Assembly (NCBI GenBank): GCA_000697335.1
Contig: JNEM01010602.1
Coordinates: 1 to 44,711 of the forward strand
Reading direction: 5' to 3'
Source: Conidiobolus incongruus B7586
Taxonomy: Eukaryota
Length of the DNA: 44,711 bases
In this document: in pieces, positions 25,915-37,196 of the stretch
How positions within the stretch are numbered: the stretch's first letter is position 1
Layout of the letters: each line of letters begins with the position of its first letter
The notes under the pieces: generated by a model
What the model was told of the DNA's origin: nothing
Database searches by the model: none
Seen by the model: only the letters and a program-made list of their open reading frames with translations
Program-made: the position numbers and the translations under genes

Positions 25915-26534
25915 ATTAATCCAATCATCTTTAACACAGATGATCCATTTGAAATTCACATTAGAAATTCGTCAAAGTTATTTAGAATTAGCCTTATTAA
26001 AAAACAACTTTGAGTATATTATAATAAGAGTGATAGTTATATCTGAAATAATGATATTATTCTAATGAAAAAACCGTTGAATTTAGCTAATATATTTCAA
26101 ATGACTATAAAAGATTATTTTTGATATTACATAGTCATAACTGTTGAGAATGTTTTATCCAATTATTTATTAATTTTTATAGTTATTTGATTGGTCAAAT
26201 CCCTAACCATTTAAATATATATATAATATTTTTTCAATTTTTATTCGATATATTAGTATATACTAAAGATAACACAATCTATTTTTAACTCTATTTGAAA
26301 AAAATTCAATCTATTTATATCATATATCTTCTATTTCATCCATATCAATTGATATTATTCCTGAAACTATAAAAATAGAATCATATTCAATGATTTAATC
26401 TTCATTATTATAGTATTTTTACATAGTAAATACCATATGATTAGAAAGTAAACATTCATTGGGTTTTATTGAAATTGGCTAGAAAATCTTTTAAGATCAT
26501 GTGATAATGTAAGAAGATAAATATCAATATTTAT

Positions 26535-27864
26535 TTATTGTTGGAATAGTTTCCAGATTTTAACCTTTTGATCAAATCCTCCAGATACCAGGCAATCATT
26601 ATCAATATTGAAATCAAAGCTTCTGACTAAATTTGTATGCACTGGGACAGTGCATTTGATATCACCAGTGACAATATCTAATATACGAATCTGTTGATCT
26701 CCAGTCGTTCCGAAAATGAAGCGTCCCGAAGGATGCCAAATGTGCTTAGGCAGAGCGAATTCATCGCAGGACCCTAGATAGTAGTTATTGAGTTGATTGG
26801 TTGAGTTCAGCTCAAACAGGATCATACGTCCAGATGAATGATTGGTTGAAACCAAAACATAGGGTCCAGTAGGCGAGATTGAAATGCATGATGGGCTGAA
26901 TGATACAAAGTCATCTCCATTTCTATTCATATTGTATTGCGTCATTTCAAAGGAGTCACAATTAAAGTAAATCAAATAGTTGTACTGCAACAATCCAAGG
27001 ATTAATATATTAGTGTCAGGAATAAATGTACAACATTCAGCTCTGGTTGCAAAAGTATGAGTATGGTGTAAATCATATTGAGGTGGTTGATCAGCTTCTG
27101 GAGAATTTGTCTGTTTGTAAATATTCAACTTTCCGTCATAACCCGCTGAGATAAAGTAGTCTCCCTTCGAGTTAAAAAGACAGATGGGAACGAATTTGGT
27201 ATGGTGTTGGAATGTATATAAATTGATTTGCTCTCTCAAATCAGTCAAACAAACTGTTCCATCCATTGAGCACGATGCCAAGATGTGGTTGAACTGCGGA
27301 TGATAAGTCATGTTAAGTACCGAGCCTCCTTTGTGATTGAGTTCAAGGGTAGATACCCAGGCATTTGGATGATCCAATTGACTCAATTTCACAGTTTTAT
27401 CGGCTGAAGAACTAGCGATCAGGTAGGTACATTCATCGGAAACCTCCCAATTTGGAAGGATAAGTGTAGATAATACGTTATTAGAATGTAGAAATTCCAA
27501 TTCATTGACTAGTTCAAAAGATTTAGAATCGGATAGATCATTATAATTGGCAGGAACCAAATCTTCTTTAAACACCAACTGATTAATATTCAAGTCGTTA
27601 TTATTATTTCTGTGTTCTGTAGATTGATATTCAGTGACAATTTCAGTCAATGGCTTCCAGTGACTATGTTTAGTTTCGAAGCATTCTTCCCTGGTAAGAG
27701 TCATAAAATCACCTCCTTCCAAGATAAAGTTGTCTAAGGCTTTTTCATACCCATTAATGGCTAAAAACTGGGCGACTAAATCATGGGTTAGTCTAAAGTT
27801 GTTTGGTGTTAGCTTACTCATCAAATGAATAGGTTATTTGAGATTTTATTTTGTTTGACATCAT
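26535..27864 (-). CDS. LisH + WD40-repeat protein; start either ATG 27864 (needs a 25-nt intron, 27817-27793) or ATG 27821
   Basis: LisH-like LTHDLVAQFLAINGYEKALDNFILE. WD repeats LIASSSADKTVKL, LASCSMDGTVCL, FISAGYDGKLNIY and HTNLVRSFDF...LVSGGFDQKVKIW. Confidence 0.88.
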
Positions 27865-28209
27865 TCTTATTCCATTTATTAAATATATATGATATTCTTA
27901 TGGGATAGAAATTTTCAATGATTGCAAATATATTCTTCTATAATTGGCTATAAACAAGATAAAATATATTCGAAGTAAATTTGGTTAATTTATCCCTACA
28001 TATATTAAATGATATGATCAATAGATAGATATCAGTAATAAACTTTGATGGTTAAAATAGCTTAGTATATTATTTATAATCCAAAATGAATTTAGCTTAA
28101 GGACCCAATATTTATATAGAGAAAAATTGATAATATAAAACTCATCGATTATTAAAATAAATATTTATATAATTTTGAATTGATTGAAGCCTCATTTATA
28201 CAGTATAAA

Positions 28210-28331
28210 TATTAAATTTTTCGCCATTCTACTGATTAAGCCTTCCATTGGCAAGGCATTGATTTAAGAGAATATTGCCTATATATTTTCTGCTTACTTA
28301 AATAGGTTAAATCTAAAATTAGGCAACAGAT
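28210..28331 (+). ncRNA. Candidate H/ACA-type snoRNA or other two-hairpin RNA
   Basis: Hairpin GCCTT(28240)...AAGGC(28257), ANANNA box AGAATA at 28269-28274, second hairpin TTGCCTA(28275)...TAGGCA(28320-28325), then ACA at 28326-28328. No guide target was identified. Confidence 0.3.
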
Positions 28332-28815
28332 GACATCAGCAGCGCATTGATTTGGTTTAATATAATGTCTAAAAATATAATGAAAAGAATAAATGGAACA
28401 ATTTAAATTAGGGGAAATGACTAAATAAATTGATGCATTTATGTTTGACTCTGTTGATCACCATTTTATAACTATAAAAAAATTAAATTTGACAAATCAA
28501 AGAGATAAAAAATCTGATCCAAATACAAAAATTCTCGTTTAAAGTAAAATATGATGTGAAAAAAGGTAAATATGATGTAAATAAAAGAAATAGTATCTCA
28601 TTTTATTGACTGTGGGTTAACTAAATATTGTTATATAGTTCTAATTTCTGTTTGAAAAGAACGAACAAGTGCATTAATAATATTTGATGACAAAATACCA
28701 TGTAAAAATACTTGATAAATGGTATCTAATAATTAGTACTAAGTGAAATGAAATGAAATTTAGATTTCATTTTTTAAGATATACATATATAACAATTTAT
28801 TATTATTATTTAAAT

Positions 28816-29469
28816 TTAATTAGTAGTTTCATTGATTAACTTTTCAACCTCAGCTTCAATGCTTTGGGGAGTTGTAATACTGGCGTATCTAGCATGGACA
28901 TTTCCCTTACCATCGATTAAGAATTTCTATAATATTGTAAGTTAGATAATCATTAAATATATACTAGAGATTAAAAATTACCTCAAAATTCCATTTGATT
29001 CTTTTTAAACCCATAATACCAGGTCTTTCAGCTTTTAAATATTCCCACAATGGGTCAGCTTTGTCTCCGTTAACTTCACTACAAACAAATTTATATAAGT
29101 ATGATTATTTGAGAAATAGTAAAAGACTTACATCTTTTTCATAATAGGGAAGGTAACTCCATAGTTGACTCTACAGAAACTTTCAATTTCGTCTTGAGTG
29201 CCAGGATCTTGACTTGCAAATTGGTTACATGGAAAGCCTAAGATAACAAAGTTCCTTTCCTTGTACTTCTGGTAGAGCTTTTCCAAGCCATCAAATTGGG
29301 GAGTAAAGCCACATTTGGAGGCAGTGTTAACAACGAGAACAACCTATTTACATAATGAATAAAGTGATAATTATTATTATAAATATGAGAGTACCTTTCC
29401 CTTGTATTGGGATAAGTCGTGATCTTGATCAGCTTTATCTTTAACTTTAAAATCGTAGAATGAGGGCAT
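28816..29469 (-). CDS. Cys-type glutathione peroxidase (Hyr1/Gpx-like); exons 29469-29395, 29343-29132, 29078-28982, 28926-28816
   Basis: Not in the ORF track. Spliced protein contains [37 protein letters not shown] and IKWNFEKFLID. The catalytic codon is TGT (Cys). TATAAATA lies about 60 nt upstream. Confidence 0.96.
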
Positions 29470-30677
29470 TTTTTAAAATTTATTATTCAGAAACAATGCT
29501 TATATCATCTGAGGCCATTGGCCTATTTATACTCAACCAATTTCTACAATTCCGATATTTCATCTGAATTTTAAATCGATTAAATTTCCCAATCGCGTCA
29601 TATAATTACCGAAATTAGTGTCATATGTCAATGTTGAATAGGCGTAGAAGTATATCCAAACAGATTCTAATTTTGCCAATTAACTTGATATAATATCTAA
29701 TATGCCTATTATCAAATATTAGTATTAAATAGTATCTATTATGCTATTTTTAAATATCATTTATAATATAATTTTAGATTGATCCAACTAGTCAAATTTA
29801 TAAATATTATTAATGTTGAGGAATACAAAAATATTAATTGAATTAAAGTATTATTCCTAATTATTATAGTATAATAAAAAAATACCAAAGTCAAAATATT
29901 TTATAATTAAACAAATTTGATTTCACAATTATCACAATACAAAAATATATTAAACTAATATAAATTTTTATATCTATTTTGACAGAATTAACTAATACTC
30001 GCTTTTCTTCGGTATTATTCTCATCACAATAAAAATGAACCCGAGAGTTTTTCCTTTAAGTAGTAAAATAATTTATTGGAAAATTACAATAATATATAAA
30101 ATCTTAAATATTAACAAGTATTAATATAAAAACATATGCTGATAAGAAAATTTTGCTGAATAATTATCAATTACTAATAATTTGAAATGCCGCTATTCCT
30201 TGTATTCTTTTCGTGAAAAATCATTTTCGGGTATATCCTAATTAGGGAAAAAGAACCTAATCATTTCATCCATCATTTGTTTATATTTCTTTTTAGAAAT
30301 TTCAATCTAAATTTTCACCAATTTAAACCAAAGTACTGTAATTTAATAATTGACCTATACGCCCGATAGTTCTGCCGAATTCATATATTGCTAAGCAACT
30401 ATATTATTTGGTGTATATCTCAGATTTTGAACAGTAATCAAATTGTTGAAGATTAAATTTTGAAAATCAATCAAGTTTTAGAATGAAATGATATAATAAA
30501 AATATTATAACTATTTTAATAACATACCAACTTACTTACAAATACTATCATTATATCAATCATTATGTACCTTGATGAATAACTTTAAACCATTTCTTAT
30601 AAAAAATTCAAAATATTCATCATTAATTTTCATTTTGATATATAGTTAGTAATATTAATGTATATATTTATTGATTT

Positions 30678-30712
30678 ATGATTAATTAATTAATTAATTA
30701 ATTAATTATTAA
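30678..30712. repeat. (TAAT)n / (TTAA)n tetranucleotide microsatellite, self-complementary
   Basis: Reads gattaattaattaattaattaattaattattaag directly. Confidence 0.85.
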
Positions 30713-31003
30713 GCATATATTATATTTTAATTTTAATAGTTTAAAAATTTTATTAAAAAAAGGAATTTCATTCAGTTAATTTTATCTTCGATTTTCTGAA
30801 ATATCATCAATTTAGCATAATATTGTATATATTTTATATTTTTTATAATCATTATAAAGTTGTGTAATTAAAATTCTTATTAATTATAAATATCATATAG
30901 CTTTATTTTATCATAATTATTTTTTGATTCTAGTTGAAAATTGTTGAATTACATATTTAAAAAATATTTCAATTAGAATTAATCCAATAATTGAGATATT
31001 TAA

Positions 31004-31944
31004 ATGACTGAGTTAAATGAATCAATATGATAAAACTGATAATAAAGAAGTGGAGCGTGCGTTACAGCGCATAGTTGAGGGCACAAGTACCATGAATGAT
31101 CTCAGTGTATTGAAAAAGAAAGTAGCTATTGAAGGCTTGCCCGACTACTGGAGGAATTGGCAAGCATAATGCAGTTCTCACTTCTTAAGCACCCGTAGTA
31201 CAGCATAATGCGTGATTTCGACTATAAAGAGCTGTATCTATACCACATCTTTAGCCTTGCAGTGAATCACCGTGATGAGCTCGCGAAGCAGAAGACTACC
31301 GAATACAGCAATTATTCAGATTTTTATATTCTATAGCTCTGTGTCATAGACGACTTTCCACCAGCAACAGAGTCGTTGTGTAGATGGATGCACGAGAGAC
31401 CGCATAACTCGGTAGTGTGGTGCTACATTGTTACAGCATGGTGCATAATCGGTGATTACGACATTCCAAATTTAAAGTATGCCAAAGACCATTTGTACAT
31501 GGCTCAGCGACTCGGCAAGGCAATCGATGTAGATGCCTTTGGTCTGGTAACCATAATCTCAGAGCACAAGGAATATGATGATTACGGTGCATACTTCTAT
31601 AGCGAAACTCACTTGAGCACATATTCCACAGACGCGTACCGTTTCTCGAGCAGCCAAACACCATAGATAACGCCTATGCTCTGGATCTCGCATATACGGT
31701 ACCAATACGTCTTTTTAGAGACCTAATGAATAGTGAGGAATACTAGTCCCGCATTTAGATTTTAAACGCTGACCGCGAAACACACTACGCATCTCTCTCG
31801 ATGGTGGTGAACCGCTACGCGGTACCATCGACGCGCGTGCTGGGTGGAGGCGTTATATACTTGCGACATAAACGCGGATGTTGAGACAAAGTGGTTCATA
31901 TATGCACGTTCAATGCTGAGCAGCGTTTCAAAAAAAATCAATAA
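31004..31944 (+). pseudogene. GC/CpG-richer intronless island encoding a fragmented unknown protein (about 300 codons); possibly foreign
   Basis: Sharp compositional shift. ATG 31017 MNQYDKTDNKEVERALQRIVEG... shifts into the frame of ORF 31376-31666, which extends upstream to about 31133 through two TAG codons (31196, 31334). Further shifted segments continue to about 31944. Confidence 0.55.
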
Positions 31945-31951
31945 TATTAAA

Positions 31952-33559
31952 ATGAGACAAACAATTTATAGAAATCAATGTTTATTAAGTAATAAAATTA
32001 ATTCAGTATTTTTATTTTAATACTAAATAATTTAATTTTTATAGGATCTAAATTATCTTTTACAAAATCTATTTTGAATAATTCAATTAAAACATTTTCA
32101 ATGACTTGGAATTTACTCAAAGTAGTCTTTTCAACATATCTAGTCAAATTAATGTTTACATTAGAGAAATTGATCAATTTCATCTATTATTACCAAATGG
32201 GTAGCTTAACAAATTTTTACTCTATGTGAAAAGATTGAGGAAAAGGATATCAAGGACGATTTAAATACTTATTATGGCTTATTATCAGATGCAAGAAATT
32301 TAAAGGATGAGGAATTAGCTTCGAAATATTACGAAGAGTTGAGATCTATAGGTTTGATGCCGGATGTTACCTGGATTAATATTTTAATGAGTATTAATAC
32401 ACTTTATTCTGGTCATTTGATTTCAATTGTTTTTGAGTTGGCTAAGGAAGATGGAATCGAACTGAATTCTGATTCTTGTGATTTGGCATTGAAGAACTAT
32501 TTCAAAGTAGGTTCTTATGAGTTGGTTTTGAATTTGTTTGATCAGATTAAATCTAATGACAACCTCATTATCCCTAGCATGTATGTCACACTTATCCACA
32601 TTGCTTTTCAAATTAGAAACGTAGAATTGTCTAATAAGTTCTCTAAATTGGTGTTTAACTTTAAGAATAGGTTCAACCATTCTGATTTGTTCATCTTGCT
32701 CAGACGGTATCTTGATATGGATATACGTGGTCTCGCTTATGAGACTTGGAACCAATTTGTTGAAGTTCAGAGACTCCTTCCTGGCCAAGGGCTCACAGAG
32801 ATTGTCCTCAACGCGGCTGCCAGATGGGGCAATGCTAAGTTGGCTACTTCTGTGCTTAGAGTTCTCCGTCAACTTAAAATCCCATGTGAGGACCACCATT
32901 TTATTCCTTTGATTGAAACTTTCCTAAAATCCAAGCAATGGGATCGAGGAATTCAAATTCTCAACATGGCTGCTCAAGCAAACATCAAAGCTTCATTGAA
33001 CTCTCTGGTGTACTTTCGTCGTAATTAAGAAATAATCATAACGACTTATTGTAGGCCACTCATCACATTTTGGGCAAGCAGTAATTTAGTACATCATTAC
33101 CTTCGGAATTCATCTATTTTGTTATGAAAAGCAATTTGCTAATGAATGAATTCGAATCTGGTTTACAATTATTCGATATTGCTAAAAAGCAACACAGTCC
33201 CCTTAAAATTAATTACTACAACACAGTAATTAAATCTTTAGTGTCGAATAACCGACCCAACAAATACAAAACTTTCTACATCCAATTGCAAAATGATCTT
33301 ATCAAATCAGATGAAGCTACCTACACATATCTTATCCATTTGGCATGTAATCAATCCATATAAGAAGCTTTTACACTATTAGAAGAGTTGAAATCTGCTG
33401 ATATTGTCTCTTCTAAAGAATGCTATGATGCCATTATCCACAAATGTGCTATGGAGAAGGACAAGAGTCTTTATGGAAATGGAAGAGATGGATATGTTTG
33501 GCCATTCCATTCCAGATAAGTTGAGACAGTATGTAGAAAGCCAATTTAAAGAAGAATAA
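31952..33559 (+). pseudogene. Pentatricopeptide-repeat (PPR) protein gene disrupted by stops and frameshifts
   Basis: PPR-like helices (YEELRSIGLMPDVTWINILM, IVLNAAARWGNAKLATSVLRVL...EDHHFIPLIETF, YYNTVIKSLV, SDEATYTYLIHLAC, EAFTLLEELK...ECYDAIIHKC). In-frame TAA at 33026 and 33361, and a frameshift near 33465 before the apparent C-terminus ...RQYVESQFKEE* (33559). Confidence 0.78.
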
Positions 33560-33873
33560 ATCCTTTATTTATTTAAATAATAATAAAAATATATTAAGAT
33601 ATATTTATTTTTATTGTTGATTTGATAATTATTAATAGATAAAATTACTGATTTCAAAATATTACTAAAATAATCAGTTATGGATACTCTTTGAGAAGGA
33701 ATTTGTCACAGAATGTTCAAAGATTTAAATATTCTTTGTACAATTTCAGTATACTGATATCTAACTATAAAGAATATGATATCATCAACATTGCTAAAAA
33801 GTATTGAATGACAATATAGCAACTATAATCACTTGGATATTGAATATATGATAAGATTCAATAATTATATAAA

Positions 33874-34803
33874 TCATTGATATTCAAAATAATTATGACG
33901 ATCGATGCCCAATTGAGGATATCTGAATTCTCTAAAGTATGGATGTCTTAATATTTTTTTGGTGTTAAATCGCTTGGTAGGATCATACAATAACATTCTC
34001 TGGCACAGATCTTGACCGTTGTTATCTAAAAAGAGATTTGGTATTTGAAATGGCTGATAATTGTACTGGGGAAAATCGTATCTAAATTTGGGTAATTTAG
34101 ATACCCCTGGCCACGTCCTTTCGTTCGGTGTTCCAAACATTTGAAAGATAAGATTTAGTTGGTCTTCCTCCGTACTTCCTGGGAAAAGCGGCTTGCCTGT
34201 ATACATTTCAGCCATAATACATCCTAGTGCCCAGGTGTCAATTGAAGTAGTGTATTTTGTAGATCCCAATAAAACGTCAGGAGCTCTATACCACTGTGTT
34301 GCAACGTGAGTTGAATATTCATTGAGAGGTAGGCCATAGGGTCTAGCTAGACCAAAGTCCGCTATTTTCAAAGTACCATCACTGTCAATTAAAAGATTTT
34401 GAGGTTTTAAATCTCTGTGAATAATCCTTCGTTCATGTAAGTAATCAACACCGTTGACAAGTTCCCACATAAATTTCTTGCACTCTTCACTCGGGAGGCC
34501 ATCTTGATATTTGTGATGTTTCATATACCTCTCCAAATCGAATTGCATATACTGAAAAACTAGATGTAATTGTTGTTGATGAATATATACCTCATATAGA
34601 GGAATAATGTTGGGATGGTTAAGAGCTTTTAGTAAGCACACTTCCCGAATGGTGGTGGGAGTGACACCTTCCTCTAAAGATGATTGAATCACTTTAATCG
34701 CCACCGTTTGGTTAGTCCTCCTATTTAACCCTTTGTGAACTGAACCATAAGTTCCGGAGCCTAATTTATCTAAAATATCATAATTATCACTATTATTAGC
34801 CAT
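33874..34803 (-). CDS. Cyclin-dependent kinase, divergent Pho85/CDK5-like, intronless
   Basis: GSGTYG, VAIK, EEGVTPTTIRE (PSTAIRE variant), HRDLKPQNLLI, DFGLAR, WYRAPDVLLGS and GCIMAEMYTGKPLFPG; the last two are typical of the Pho85 subfamily. Confidence 0.9.
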   Translation of the reverse strand: MANNSDNYDILDKLGSGTYGSVHKGLNRRTNQTVAIKVIQSSLEEGVTPTTIREVCLLKALNHPNIIPLYEVYIHQQQLHLVFQYMQFDLERYMKHHKYQDGLPSEECKKFMWELVNGVDYLHERRIIHRDLKPQNLLIDSDGTLKIADFGLARPYGLPLNEYSTHVATQWYRAPDVLLGSTKYTTSIDTWALGCIMAEMYTGKPLFPGSTEEDQLNLIFQMFGTPNERTWPGVSKLPKFRYDFPQYNYQPFQIPNLFLDNNGQDLCQRMLLYDPTKRFNTKKILRHPYFREFRYPQLGIDRHNYFEYQ

Positions 34804-37143
34804 TAATTAATATCTAATATTATGTATTATATTGAGTATATTTGGTTTAATAATAGTTATATTTTTGTATATTTGTTTTTGAATTATAATATTTGACATA
34901 AATTAGTGACTTAATAATTAAAGCTTTTTTTACTTTATTTATATTAATAAACTAATTATTATAAATGATGATTATGGGTTAAAAACAATTATTTTGTTTA
35001 AGTTTAATTCCATTGATGTCATTAATAATTAAAATTATTAAACACAATAAAAATACTGCCAATGATTAATTTATACATGGCAATTTAAAAGAAATCTACT
35101 TAGTATAATCCACTGATATAAATATAATTGAGCAAGGGCTGATTTAACTTAAAGAAGTGTGAAGTGGCTATATTATATAATTTAATCAAAAGTAAATCAT
35201 CACTTTAATATACTTCCTAATATTTTGAAAAAAGCTCCTTATACTGATTTAATCTACATTTCCACTATTAATGATTATCATTACAGCATATATAACATGT
35301 TAACAATAGTAATAATATTTGAAAGATTTTAAAATCCTTGAGTCAAATATTTATAAGAATTCAAATTGACCATTGATTTTAAAAAGTATTTGCAATATGA
35401 TCTTAATGGAATCAATCAATTAAACTATAATTATATTAAATAACTTAGGAGATATAATTTTTATGAATTTATAAATTATAATATAATAGATTTAATAATT
35501 AATGATGATAATCAAATGGAATTGATAATATAATAGCTGAAATACATTAATTCGCCAATATTATAATTAATATATTTTGAATTATATTCATTAGTATTAG
35601 TGTAATTGTGATAGTTAAATCAATGTGAATAATGCATTGATTCAATAGAAAATTTTTAATTGAAAATAATTATTAATCATGTTAAAATAAAATAATTGAG
35701 CATAAAGGTTGCGCAAGATATCAATAAAGATATATATGATAGAATATTAGAAAATATATGCTTATCTTTAGTAGGGTTATTAGATTAAATCAATTTAAAG
35801 ATAAATGGATACAAGCTATCTTCCAAATCAATTTTTTTGAATCTTCAGTTGGTTGAATAGATGAGGTGGTTATATCTACTATAGTGCATAAAAAACTCCT
35901 ATACAATTTAATATAGTTAACTATTCAATCATATTTCAGTTCAATTATTGAATAAGCTGATAATTTTACAACTTGCTTTTTATATTTTAACATTAAGATG
36001 ATATATTTAAATATTGAAATTTTTTTAAAAGTTGAATTAAATTCAAATTTCAAAGATTTAATTAATGACAATTATTCATGTTATTCAATTTCCATAATTT
36101 TGTTCTAATTATATAATGTTCACATTGATTTGTTTTACAGTATTAAAATTATTTAATTATTAATCATAATTTTTTATAAGATGATAATTTAATAACATTA
36201 TGCCATTGTATTTTATATTTAAATAATTAAAATAATTTACAATCTATATTACTTATTTCATATTTTTAATTTAATTTTTCATAACTTAGATATAAGAAGC
36301 TATAATTGAAAATATAATATTTGAAATTAAAAGCTTGAAACTATCATCAAATTGATTTCAAAGGATTAAAATAAATGCATTTATAACAGGATTAATATGA
36401 TTGATTACAATTATTTCAACTAGGTATAGTATTACATTTATAATTTTGAAATTTTTTATAGATTATTTAAGTTTTATATTTTAGTAATTCTATGTAAGGT
36501 GTATTTATATGTCATAACATTTTTGAATTCCATTCAATCAAATATATTAAAACAAAGAATTAAAAAATAATAATATTTATGACTAACATATTATATATAA
36601 TATATAATAGCAGAATTTTAAATCATAGATATTAGTATTATATCCTGTATAATTTTGTATTATATATTATTACTAAATCGAAAAATACCAATTCTAATTG
36701 ATTATTTGATCCTGTTCAAAGCAAGATAATACCTTACTTAGAATCACAAATTGATCCATATCAAGTCAATATATTCAAATTAAGAAATGTGAATAAATGT
36801 TTTATTTTTATTAGTAAAATCAAAATGTTAAATCATATTAATTTTGAAATTCTGTATATATTAATTGCAGGTTTAATACATTGTTAAAATTTAAGTAAAT
36901 TTCACAATAAAATATATTTTATGATTAATGAAAGCTTAATTTTAAAATATTTGGGTTTATGTATTTGATATTTTATAGTAAATTCTATTGTATCAAGTTA
37001 ATAGTAAAACAATATTATATTAAATCTATTACAGCTCTTTCAAAATATGAACAGTATACCAAAATTTAAAATGACATATATTTAAGAAATTTATATTAAT
37101 TTATAAAGATTCAAAAAACTTTTTGATATTAATATCACTCTCA

Positions 37144-37189
<46 letters not shown>

Positions 37190-37196
37190 TATATAG
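37144..37196. repeat. (TA)n microsatellite, imperfect
   Basis: Direct reading of a long TA dinucleotide run with two interruptions. Confidence 0.9.

Noticed and set aside
29300..29320. Selenocysteine in the glutathione peroxidase (some early-diverging fungi use Sec)
   Set aside because: The catalytic codon reads TGT (ASKCGFT), not TGA, and no convincing SECIS was seen downstream.
31001..31019. TAAATG motifs as poxvirus-type late promoters for the island
   Set aside because: AAATG start contexts are normal for host genes here and the motif is frequent in AT-rich DNA, so it is not diagnostic.
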